Part shown: positions 27,817 to 36,611 of the stretch, piece after piece
How the letters are laid out: each line of letters starts with the position of its first letter
Position numbering within the stretch: the stretch's first letter is position 1
Assembly: GCA_039679715.1 (NCBI GenBank)
Contig: JBDKUM010000070.1
Coordinates: 1-63,656 of the forward strand
Origin: Phycisphaerales bacterium
GTDB taxonomy: Bacteria; Planctomycetota; Phycisphaerae; Sedimentisphaerales; UBA12454
DNA length: 63,656 bases
Direction of reading: 5' to 3'
Notes under the pieces: generated by a model
The model's input: the letters and a program-made list of their open reading frames with translations, nothing else
Databases searched by the model: none
Told to the model about the DNA's origin: nothing
Translations under genes and position numbers: made by a program

Positions 27817-30800
27817 TTAAAATTTAAAAAAGCCCGTTGATTTTTTCGATGGGCTTTTTTTGTTGGGTAGTTTTGGAGGAGATTTCTGCGGCTGGATTTT
27901 TCCTGTAGTAATGCGTTCGAACTGCACGGCATCGGCGCAGGTGCTTGGAGGGCTGCCGATTGGCGCGGTGATTGTTATGCTGTATTGAACCCCTGCGTTC
28001 ATCGGATATTGGCCAAGTTCGTTCCATTTGCCGCCATTTTCAGTTTGATTTATTGTCAGATAATCGGTTTGCCCGCTGTTTTGGATTTCGACAGGAACGG
28101 CAGTGCTTCGAGAAGCAAGCGCAGTCCACCACATCGAGACTTTATATGTTGATGTGATATCCGGTATGAAATTCCAACTATACGTTGAGCCGCTGTAGCC
28201 CCAGAAAGAATTTGAGCCGTAGGGGTCAGGTGCGGTTGAAATAGACCATATTCCGTTACATGATGTTTGCGGGTCGCCGTTGTCGATAGTGAAAGTCGAA
28301 CCTGCTTCACCGATAAAAATTGATTGGGTCGCTGGTTGAGACCATTGATTTTGATTATCGCATACGATGAAAGATATTGCGTGGCTTCCTTCAGAAAGAT
28401 TATTCGAATCAAACGAAAGCTGGGCACTCAAAACACCATCGCGGCTGGAATGCCAGTTGTAAGCTAAGATTGAACCATCGGTATCGGTTGCTGATCCTGT
28501 AAATGAAATTGTCTGGCCAACAGGAGAGGGATTCGGTGAGATGGAAATTATCGATGCGGTTGGAGAAATATTGGCTGAAGTTTTACTCTCAAATTTAACG
28601 GCATCTGCGCAGGTTGTTTGTGAGCCGCCTGAAGGAGCGGTGATTTTTACATTATATGTGTTGCCGGCAATCATCGAGAAATCGCCCAGGCTGAACCATT
28701 GACCTCCAAAGAGCTGCTGATTGATTACGAGGTTTGAACCGCCGCTGCTGTGCTGGATGTTAACAGGTATTGAACAACTCCTGGCCTCTGCCGAAGTCCA
28801 CCAGATGGCGACATTATAATATGCAGTTTCCTGGGGCTTGAATATCCATGTGTAAGTCGCACCGTTTGCGGATAATAGCGAGCTGGTGCTGTAAGGATTC
28901 AGGGCAGATGAAAATGTCCACGAGCCGGTAGATGCAGTGCTGCCGGTAAGGCCGTTATCGATGATTGTTATTCCCGCAGGCCAAAAGAGGTTCCACATAT
29001 CACGAATGTAATGGCCGCCGAGGATTTCACCGCCGCCGGTAACATCGGCAGTAACCCAGCGGTGTACGTAATCAAAAAATTCGTCATGCAGCCAGAGATT
29101 TTCCGCTCCCACGATTTTTATCGCGATCGCCTGGCCTACCCAGGTGTTCGATGTGCAGCAATTTCGATATGACGGGCAGCCATCGACTAACTGGTCGGCG
29201 TCGCGGCAGTCTCGTGCGCCGCTTCCTTCGCAATGTTTGGTATATTGGCTGACGCAATTTCTGCCCCAAAGAGCTTTGCCGGAAGAATTATAATATGTTT
29301 GTGTGTCTTCGGCACCGAGGAGGTTATAAGTTTGCGAGATGTTTTTCATTCCATCGTTGTCGAGCATAATACCTGCGAAAATTATCGGCCATTTTCTGCC
29401 GTTATCGTGTCCCGCTTCACCGGCCCACGTTGTGCCATTTATACGATTATAATATAAATCAATACCGGTCTGCACAAAACCTATGAGAAGCGGATTTAAC
29501 TGCTCGGCAGTATAATCAAGCATGAGAAGGCAGGAGGCCTGATTTGTCGCGGTTCCGATTTCACGGCCGTAGTTGGGCATATTTTTCACAGGATGAATAA
29601 GTCGCACGGATGAATGGTTTTTATGGTCAAGCCAGGTATTCTGAAATTCACGCGCGACCCAATTAAGATGCAAAAGACTGGGTTTGGAGGTCAGCGGCAG
29701 AGCGGGCAGCAAATCGGTGCGAAGAGAATTTTTATCAAAGAATGGTTTTTCAGTTCCTGCATAAGGCGGACGAAAAATATTCGGGGGCGGGACAGAGGGC
29801 AAAGTTGTCAAAACAGCGGCACTATAAAGATATGAATGGAAATCGCCCTGATAATTATAGCGAACGCAATAATCTGACATGTCGAGATAACCATAGGTAC
29901 AATCAGTAGGTTGAGCTATTATCGATGCTGATGAGATTAAGGAATTAACCCCGTCAAGAATGAGCGGATATTGAATAATTTGGTCTGGGTTGAAACCTTC
30001 GCCGCGGCCGTCATAGGCATGATAAAGATTGCCAATCGGATTAAGCATCGAGCCGTTGCGAAAAGATACGCCTGAACCTGCGGGAGCAGGTGTGACGGAA
30101 TTAATTTCTACAGGTGCAAGTATCCAAAAATCACCATTGCAAAATTGCCCGATTCTATATTCGTCGTCAAATGTCCATCTTATGCCATTGCGGTAAACTT
30201 CATGGCTGTAATATTGACGGTCGGGCCAATCTGTTGTTTCGAAAATAGTCGCTAAATTGCTGTCTGTTTCACCATCGGTCAGGATATGTATAATATCCCA
30301 TGGGCAGGTGTTTGCTCTTATCTCTTCGATTGAATTAAACGGATTAGTTAAGCCGTCTCTTCCGGGAGTTGTATTACTTACACGTATGAAATATTCATTT
30401 CTCTTGGGATAATGGAAGCCTATATCAACTGGAGCGTCATCCTGCATCTGATTCCATGAAGTCGTGTGCCCCTGCATTCCTTCATTGTCCGGGTCGCGGC
30501 CGGCATTAATAAGTAATCCCCCGCCGCCCTGGTTATTGTTTAGAAAATATGAACCAAGCGAAGTATTTGCAGTGTCGAACGGGGTGCATGTACAAACGGC
30601 ATAATTCGAGCCTACGGGAAGCGAATTGTAAAAACCATTGTACGAGTATCGCATTTTAGTTTCTTCCCAGTACATGCTGCGAGGTCTTGAACTGTTAAAA
30701 ATATTATTAAAAATATCTGCCCTGCCTTCAATGCTATAACCGGCGAAGTAAATATCATAATAATTTTTGGCCAACGTATTATTACTTATTTCAAGAACCG

Positions 30801-31437
30801 CGTCAGATAAATTTTCCCACATAAAATATATGCCGGCAGCATTATTGGGGGAATCATTCGTGATAAGGTTATTTTTAATTTGATAAGTGCCGTAAGCCGC
30901 ATAATCAACAAAACCGCTAATCCCCGAATCGGAGAAATTGCTTATTATATTGTTTTCAATTTTTCCCGAAACCGAGGCCTGCCATAGAACATCAATGGCG
31001 TTAACGGCCCAGCAAACTTTACAGAATGAGATGTTTCCGCACTGTGAAGTGTACAAGCCATTCCAACAGCCGGGCCAGGGCGAAAGATTGGAATCGATAA
31101 TCGCGCCATATTCAGAATCGTATTTGCTTGTGAAAATTATATAATTATAAGCATCGCCGCTGATGTTTAGAATGCCTTCTATGGCGTTAAAATATTTTCC
31201 ATTTTCAAATTTTATAACAGTTCCCGGTTCAATTGTTAATTCTACGCCATCGTCGATAGTGAGATTTTCAATTATAAAATATGTGTTTGCAGCGTACCAG
31301 GTTTCGTCCTGTGTTAGTATTCCGCTCTTACATATTATAGACGAGGAAGCATTAGCGTAATTACCATTAATAAAAAAAAGAAATACAACAATGCAATAAA
31401 GGCGGGTTTTTGCCCTACGCCGAAATGCTTTATGCAC
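27817..31437 (-). CDS. Large secreted protein: N-terminal right-handed beta-helix-like region, central unknown region, C-terminal PKD-like module flanked by two copies of a golvesin/Xly-type binding module
   Basis: Signal peptide ...FFINGNYANA. Beta-helix-like NNIISNFSDSGISG/NNLITND repeats. Two ~120-aa internal repeats (about 28589-28955 and 27916-28285), each ending TCADAV(K/Q)FE. A PKD-like SISPNPSPVGQTISFTGSATDTDGSI lies between them. Confidence 0.75.
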   Translation of the reverse strand: MHKAFRRRAKTRLYCIVVFLFFINGNYANASSSIICKSGILTQDETWYAANTYFIIENLTIDDGVELTIEPGTVIKFENGKYFNAIEGILNISGDAYNYIIFTSKYDSEYGAIIDSNLSPWPGCWNGLYTSQCGNISFCKVCWAVNAIDVLWQASVSGKIENNIISNFSDSGISGFVDYAAYGTYQIKNNLITNDSPNNAAGIYFMWENLSDAVLEISNNTLAKNYYDIYFAGYSIEGRADIFNNIFNSSRPRSMYWEETKMRYSYNGFYNSLPVGSNYAVCTCTPFDTANTSLGSYFLNNNQGGGGLLINAGRDPDNEGMQGHTTSWNQMQDDAPVDIGFHYPKRNEYFIRVSNTTPGRDGLTNPFNSIEEIRANTCPWDIIHILTDGETDSNLATIFETTDWPDRQYYSHEVYRNGIRWTFDDEYRIGQFCNGDFWILAPVEINSVTPAPAGSGVSFRNGSMLNPIGNLYHAYDGRGEGFNPDQIIQYPLILDGVNSLISSASIIAQPTDCTYGYLDMSDYCVRYNYQGDFHSYLYSAAVLTTLPSVPPPNIFRPPYAGTEKPFFDKNSLRTDLLPALPLTSKPSLLHLNWVAREFQNTWLDHKNHSSVRLIHPVKNMPNYGREIGTATNQASCLLMLDYTAEQLNPLLIGFVQTGIDLYYNRINGTTWAGEAGHDNGRKWPIIFAGIMLDNDGMKNISQTYNLLGAEDTQTYYNSSGKALWGRNCVSQYTKHCEGSGARDCRDADQLVDGCPSYRNCCTSNTWVGQAIAIKIVGAENLWLHDEFFDYVHRWVTADVTGGGEILGGHYIRDMWNLFWPAGITIIDNGLTGSTASTGSWTFSSALNPYSTSSLLSANGATYTWIFKPQETAYYNVAIWWTSAEARSCSIPVNIQHSSGGSNLVINQQLFGGQWFSLGDFSMIAGNTYNVKITAPSGGSQTTCADAVKFESKTSANISPTASIISISPNPSPVGQTISFTGSATDTDGSILAYNWHSSRDGVLSAQLSFDSNNLSEGSHAISFIVCDNQNQWSQPATQSIFIGEAGSTFTIDNGDPQTSCNGIWSISTAPDPYGSNSFWGYSGSTYSWNFIPDITSTYKVSMWWTALASRSTAVPVEIQNSGQTDYLTINQTENGGKWNELGQYPMNAGVQYSITITAPIGSPPSTCADAVQFERITTGKIQPQKSPPKLPNKKSPSKKSTGFFKF
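27825..27861. terminator. Bidirectional intrinsic terminator between convergent clpC and the 1206-aa gene
   Basis: AAAAAAGCCC (27825-27835) pairs with GGGCTTTTTT (27851-27861) around a 15-nt loop. A-run and T-run flanks make it bidirectional. It lies inside the last codons of the minus-strand ORF. Confidence 0.5.
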
Positions 31438-31580
31438 AATTTTCTCCCGCTAAAAGATAGAACGTATTTTTATCATCTATAATAAAAACGCAAAGGTTTG
31501 AAATAGGGGAAAGGCAGTAAATTTAAGATTTAAGATTGAAGATTGAAGATTTTATGAATTTATGATAGCATAATCAAACT

Positions 31581-32435
31581 ATGCCAAGTCATAATTTAGC
31601 AAGAATGAAAATAGACGACTATGATATCGTCGGCTACTCTGTAGCGGGCGAGGAAACTGTCGTGTCAATGCCTCAACTCGATGTCTGTTTCGACATCGGC
31701 AAGGCACCGGATCAGCTTGTAAATATAAATAATGTGCTGCTTACGCATGGGCATATGGATCATTCTGCCGGGATTGCCTATTATTTATCACATAGGAAAT
31801 TCGTAGGACAAAAGCCGGGGACTGTTCTGGCATCGGAAAATATCCTACAACATATTGATGATATAATCAGGACATGGGGCAGGCTTGACGGAAACCGAAT
31901 TCCGGCAAATCTGGTCGCGATGAAAAGCGGAGATGATTATTTTATTAAGCCAAATCTCTTTGTACGTGCATTTGCGACAAAGCACAGCAAAGGTTCGCTT
32001 GGGTTTTGTGTTATTGAGAAAAAGAAAAAACTCAAAGAAGAATATCTCGGGCTTTCAGGGCATGAGCTGGTTGAACTAAAGAAAAAAAATATTCAAATAG
32101 ATTATCCGGTTGAAACGCCATTAGTTTCTTACCTCGGCGATACCAGTTATATGGATTTCAGGCAATATGATTACGTTGCCAAAAGCAAATTTTTAATTGC
32201 CGAGTGCACTTTCGTCGCGGATGAGCATACAGACCGCGCGCTTGCGGGCGACCACATGCATATAGACGATTTTCTAAAATTGCTGCATGAACTTGATAAT
32301 CAGTATGTCATCGTTACGCATTTGAGCCAGAGGACGTATATAGTAGAAGCGAAAAAAATATTGAAGGAAAAATTAAGTCCCGCCCTTTATGAAAAGACTT
32401 TTCTGCTGATGGACAGAAAACACCACATAAGATAA
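31581..32435 (+). CDS. MBL-fold metallo-hydrolase (RNase Z/BN-like)
   Basis: HxHxDH motif in LLTHGHMDHSAG, with later H/D ligands (KHSKGS, LGDTS, THLS). Confidence 0.75.
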   Translation: MPSHNLARMKIDDYDIVGYSVAGEETVVSMPQLDVCFDIGKAPDQLVNINNVLLTHGHMDHSAGIAYYLSHRKFVGQKPGTVLASENILQHIDDIIRTWGRLDGNRIPANLVAMKSGDDYFIKPNLFVRAFATKHSKGSLGFCVIEKKKKLKEEYLGLSGHELVELKKKNIQIDYPVETPLVSYLGDTSYMDFRQYDYVAKSKFLIAECTFVADEHTDRALAGDHMHIDDFLKLLHELDNQYVIVTHLSQRTYIVEAKKILKEKLSPALYEKTFLLMDRKHHIR

Positions 32436-32482
32436 ATAAAAAATCAAAATTGCGGAATCCCGTCATAGACGGAATACTGTTT

Positions 32483-32881
32483 TTATTGTTCAGTTGATTC
32501 TTTTTTCAAATCACCGATTGAGCAAGGCTCGGCGACTTTTCTATAGCCAAGAGCCTGCACTATTTCCAAAACTTCGGTCCAGGTCGGGAAAGGTCTGTTG
32601 TTTTGCTTTTTATATTGGTCAATCGCCATGACAAATGAAAACTGCTCATCAGTCATCTGGCCTTCTTCGGCAGCTCGGCGGTCGTCTGTGCGTCTCCTGC
32701 CGGGGCCGCGGCGACGGTCAAGGTCAACTCTTCTATCAGCGACACATACGCGTTTTGCGGATGTTTGCTCTCTCTGCTCTGAATAACAATTGTCTAAATC
32801 TGTTTTATATTCTTCCACGGCTAATACCTCATCTCGGTTCATTTCAATTTCCATTTCCATCATTGAAGTCATAACGTTCAT
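32483..32881 (-). CDS. Hypothetical acidic/Arg-rich protein with a conserved-looking C-terminal helical domain
   Basis: RRVDLDRRRGPGRRRTDDRRAAEE followed by FSFVMAIDQYKKQNNRPFPTWTEVLEIVQALGYRKV. The start is uncertain: Met codons at 32881...32842, and 32842 would remove the 38-nt overlap with the upstream gene. Confidence 0.55.
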   Translation of the reverse strand: MNVMTSMMEMEIEMNRDEVLAVEEYKTDLDNCYSEQREQTSAKRVCVADRRVDLDRRRGPGRRRTDDRRAAEEGQMTDEQFSFVMAIDQYKKQNNRPFPTWTEVLEIVQALGYRKVAEPCSIGDLKKESTEQ

Positions 32882-33167
32882 CTTCCCAATTTATGTCATT
32901 AAACGCATCATCCAAAAAACAGTCGAAATCCTGCTGCGACTCAATAATACGTTGAGCGTCGTCAAGCAGGCTTTCAGGAACCATCACCGCTGTTCCGATT
33001 ATCGCCATCGAATAACTTTTCTGCGTAGCTGTTACCGCAGGAATGTTATGCCTTATAAGAATGTCGCGATATTCATTCGCAAAATCGACATCCTCGGCGA
33101 TAGCGACCGTAACATAATCCTCCAAAGCCGATTTCTGGTTATCACTATTTTTTTCATCACTAATCAT
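32844..33167 (-). CDS. Small DUF2007-like (putative signal-transducing, GlnB-like fold) protein
   Basis: YVTVAIAEDVDFANEYRDILIRHNIPAV...TAVMVPESLLDDAQRII fits the beta-alpha-beta layout of DUF2007. Weak call. Confidence 0.5.
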   Translation of the reverse strand: MISDEKNSDNQKSALEDYVTVAIAEDVDFANEYRDILIRHNIPAVTATQKSYSMAIIGTAVMVPESLLDDAQRIIESQQDFDCFLDDAFNDINWEDERYDFNDGNGN

Positions 33168-33441
33168 AATTTTTACTTTCGTGTTCTAAACCGTTCCGAA
33201 CTCATAGCCGGAATTGGTATAAAACCACTTCTTATGGTGTTTTCGACCAAAAGTAAGCCCGAATTAATCTAAAAAAGTGAATGAAAGAGCTAATAAATGC
33301 AAAATTTTGCATATTTTCTGATTTTTTTAGTTGCAAAACGTCTTATAAATGCACAGAATAGCGTCCAGAAAGTCGACCTTGTCGTGAAAGGCCGATAATA
33401 AAAGGAATTGTTGTTTTAATTTTGCACGGAGGAATCCTGAC

Positions 33442-33636
33442 ATGGCAAAGAAAAAAGCTGGAAAAGAGTCTTTGATTGTAGCAAGTAAAGTCAAAGCGTA
33501 TGTAAAGAGCAAAAAGATGATGACATCTGCTGATGCTCTGGGCGCTTTGAGCGATAAAATTTATTGCATACTTGATTGCGCTTGCGAAAGAACAAAGCTC
33601 AACAGACGCAGCACTTTGAAACCACAAGATCTGTAA
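33442..33636 (+). CDS. Bacterial histone-fold protein (DUF1931 / HBb-like singlet histone)
   Basis: 64 aa and Lys-rich. SLIVASKVKAYVKSKKMMTSADALGALSDKIYCILDCACERTKLNRRSTLKPQDL follows the pattern I recall for Bdellovibrio Bd0055 and Leptospira bacterial histones (LVV.SKVK..IK.K......A...LS..I..L......A...GRKT....D). GGAGG RBS at 33428-33432, with its own terminator downstream. Confidence 0.65.
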   Translation: MAKKKAGKESLIVASKVKAYVKSKKMMTSADALGALSDKIYCILDCACERTKLNRRSTLKPQDL

Positions 33637-33660
33637 TAGTTTTACAGAACTAAAACAACG

Positions 33661-33728
33661 AACCGGCCATTTGAAATCTGAAATTTTCTTATGAAAGTCT
33701 CAAATTAACAATGGTCGGTTTTTTTTTA
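33661..33728 (+). terminator. Intrinsic terminator after the histone-fold gene
   Basis: AACCGGCCATT (33661-33671) pairs with AATGGTCGGTT (33710-33720; 11 bp, one G-U). A T9 run follows. The loop is unusually long (~38 nt). Confidence 0.5.
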
Positions 33729-33945
33729 ACCCCACTTAATAAGTTTTTTCCTGAAATTGCTTTTTATATACAAGATACATCTTTTTTATACTTTTAGATT
33801 TATTTAGGTCCGATAACTATCAAAAACCTCACTCATGAGGCTGAAAAATGATTTTATGGGAACAATTAATTAAGGATAGGCCGTAAAATTACCGAAGATA
33901 TATATATACAAAAAAAATGGGTTTTTTATTTGGAGTTCATTAATC

Positions 33946-35253
33946 TTGAAGGTATTCATGCTAGGATGGGAATTTCCGCCGTTTATCAGCGGAGGTTTGG
34001 GCACTGCTTGCTATGGTTTGACAAAAGCCATGAGCAAATTGGGCCTTGAGATTACGTTCGTATTGCCAAGAATGGTACGGACGGACAATCTTTCCAGCCA
34101 TATCAACTTGCGAACACCGGCAGACATCAAAGGAAGTTTTCTCGAAGAATGGGAAACCGACGAGATTAAAAACATGAGAATCAAAACGATCGATTCTCCT
34201 TTGAAGCCATACGGCAACGCCGAAACATATAAAACTCAAATCGAAGAAATCATCCGCAACAAACAGCAGAGAATGACCGGAATTATTAATAATGATCATT
34301 TACAGGACAACGGTCATTATGCCGGCGATATGTATGCGGAGGTTCACAGGTATGCGGCGGCGGCTGTAAGACTTGCACAGCAGGAAAGTTTCGATGTCGT
34401 GCACGCACATGACTGGATGACATATCAGGCAGGTATCGCGGTTGCGGCAGTCAGCGGCAAACCATTGGTTATACATGTACATTCGACCGAATTCGACCGC
34501 AGCGGCGAACATGTAAATCAAATGATTTACAATATTGAACGAGCAGGTATGCACGCGGCGGATAAAATTATAGCTGTCAGCTATCTTACGAAAAATATTA
34601 TTTTGTCACGTTACGGAATCGAAGGTGACAAAGTTGAAGTTGTTTATAACGGTATCGAGAAGAACGGCCAAAGCCTGGGACTTGGTAAAATCGGAATCAG
34701 CAGAGATGAGAAGATTGTGCTGTTTTTGGGCAGAATCACAATGCAAAAAGGGCCGGAATATTTCCTCGGAGCCGCTAAAAAGGTTCTTGAAGTAATGGAT
34801 AATGTTCGGTTCGTTATGGCAGGTTCCGGCGATATGATGAAACGCACGATTGAACTTGCGGCGCAGCTTGGTATCGGCAGCAAAGTGCTTTTCACGGGCT
34901 TTTTACGCGGCGAAGATGTGCGGAAAGTCTATGAAAGAGCCGATTTGTATGTTATGCCGAGCGTTTCAGAGCCTTTTGGTATCGCACCGCTTGAGGCGCT
35001 TAATAATGATGTGCCGGTGCTGATAAGCAAACAAAGCGGCGTTTCGGAAGTTTTGACTCATGTACTCAAAGCGGACTTCTGGGATGTCAATGAAATAGCG
35101 AATAAAATTGTCGCAGTTCTTAAGTATCCTCCTTTGCAGATGACACTCAAGGAACATGGAAACTATGAGGTCAGAAAGCTGAAATGGGAAGATGCGGCGG
35201 AAAAATGCAGACAAGTATATATGCAGGTTCTCGAACAGGCTCTCTGCGTATAA
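33946..35253 (+). CDS. GT4/GT5-type alpha-glucan (glycogen) synthase-like glycosyltransferase
   Basis: MLGWEFPPFISGGLGTAC (glycogen-synthase-like N-terminus), HAHDWMT, and EPFGIAPLEA (EX7E). Start is either TTG 33946 or ATG 33958. Confidence 0.8.
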   Translation: MKVFMLGWEFPPFISGGLGTACYGLTKAMSKLGLEITFVLPRMVRTDNLSSHINLRTPADIKGSFLEEWETDEIKNMRIKTIDSPLKPYGNAETYKTQIEEIIRNKQQRMTGIINNDHLQDNGHYAGDMYAEVHRYAAAAVRLAQQESFDVVHAHDWMTYQAGIAVAAVSGKPLVIHVHSTEFDRSGEHVNQMIYNIERAGMHAADKIIAVSYLTKNIILSRYGIEGDKVEVVYNGIEKNGQSLGLGKIGISRDEKIVLFLGRITMQKGPEYFLGAAKKVLEVMDNVRFVMAGSGDMMKRTIELAAQLGIGSKVLFTGFLRGEDVRKVYERADLYVMPSVSEPFGIAPLEALNNDVPVLISKQSGVSEVLTHVLKADFWDVNEIANKIVAVLKYPPLQMTLKEHGNYEVRKLKWEDAAEKCRQVYMQVLEQALCV

Positions 35254-35390
35254 AAAATTCAAAATTTAAAAATTAAAAATCAAAATTGTGGAAGGCCTTG
35301 GGCCAATTTTTTTTTATTATATACCTCAAAACGGTTCGTAAATTTTGATTTTTGATATTTGATATTTAATTTAGTTATCAAGGATGATAT

Positions 35391-36611
35391 ATGCCATCGG
35401 TATGCTTTTATTTTCAAGTTCATCAGCCATTTAGGCTAAGACATTATACCGTTTTTGACCAGGACCTCCGATATTTTGACGATTTCAAAAATAAATCCAT
35501 TTGCCAGAAAGTAGCAAACAAGTGCTATCTTCCCGCCAACAGGGTAATTCTTGACCTTATCAAAAGACATGAAGGAAAATTCAAAGTAGCATACAGCATT
35601 ACCGGCGTTTTACTTGAGCAATTAGCGGATTATGCACCTGAAGTGATGAGTACATTCGATGCTCTTGCAAGGACTGGATGTGTTGAATTCATCGCTGAAA
35701 CTTATTATCATAGTTTGAGCTTTCTTTATTCCCGCGGAGAATTCCGTGATCAAATTTTCAAACACATGGATACCATCGAAACCCTGTTTGGACAAAGGCC
35801 AAGGGTTTTCAGAAATACCGAACTAATATATAGTAATGATTTGGCGGCTGAATTGGAATCAATGGGTATTTTCGACGGCGTTATTACAGAAGGCGCAGAT
35901 AAAATTCTGTGGGGCCGAAGTCCGAATTTCCTGTATAAGCCGCCGGGAGAACACAAAATTAAGATTCTGCTGAAAAATTACGCTTTGAGCGATGATATCG
36001 CATTTAGATTCTCAAACAGAGGCTGGAATGAATGGCCTTTGAAAGCGGAAAAGTTCAGCCAATGGGTCAACCAGGTAAACGGCAACGGTTATGTAACCAA
36101 TCTTTTTATGGATTATGAAACTTTTGGCGAACATCAATGGGAAGATACTGGCATTTTCGAGTTCCTGAAGAAACTGCCGGAAGAAATTCTGCGTCATCCT
36201 GATAATAGTTTCAAAACGCCATCAGAGGCGATTGCATCTTATCCGGCAACGGATGTTGTAGATGTGCCGACATTGATAAGCTGGGCTGATACGGAACGAG
36301 ATATTTCCGCATGGCTGGGCAACGCGATGCAATCAAATGCGCTGCACGAAGTTTACCGTATGGAGCAGACGATTAAAAAGACAGGCGATAAAAAGCTTCT
36401 TTCCGATTGGCGAAAATTGCAGACCAGCGACCATTTTTATTATATGTGTACAAAATGGTTCTCTGACGGCGATGTTCATAAATATTTTAATCCATACGAT
36501 TCACCATACGATTCTTACATTAACTTTATGAATATTATGGGTAATCTTGAAAAGAGATGCGGAAAACAAACAAAAAGCCGTAAGAAAGTTAATGATCTTC
36601 AAAGTGCTTGA
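35391..36611 (+). CDS. Glycoside hydrolase family 57 (alpha-amylase/branching-type)
   Basis: FQVHQPFR at the N-terminus and the catalytic-region FMDYETFGEHQW. 4-nt overlap with the next gene. Confidence 0.85.
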   Translation: MPSVCFYFQVHQPFRLRHYTVFDQDLRYFDDFKNKSICQKVANKCYLPANRVILDLIKRHEGKFKVAYSITGVLLEQLADYAPEVMSTFDALARTGCVEFIAETYYHSLSFLYSRGEFRDQIFKHMDTIETLFGQRPRVFRNTELIYSNDLAAELESMGIFDGVITEGADKILWGRSPNFLYKPPGEHKIKILLKNYALSDDIAFRFSNRGWNEWPLKAEKFSQWVNQVNGNGYVTNLFMDYETFGEHQWEDTGIFEFLKKLPEEILRHPDNSFKTPSEAIASYPATDVVDVPTLISWADTERDISAWLGNAMQSNALHEVYRMEQTIKKTGDKKLLSDWRKLQTSDHFYYMCTKWFSDGDVHKYFNPYDSPYDSYINFMNIMGNLEKRCGKQTKSRKKVNDLQSA

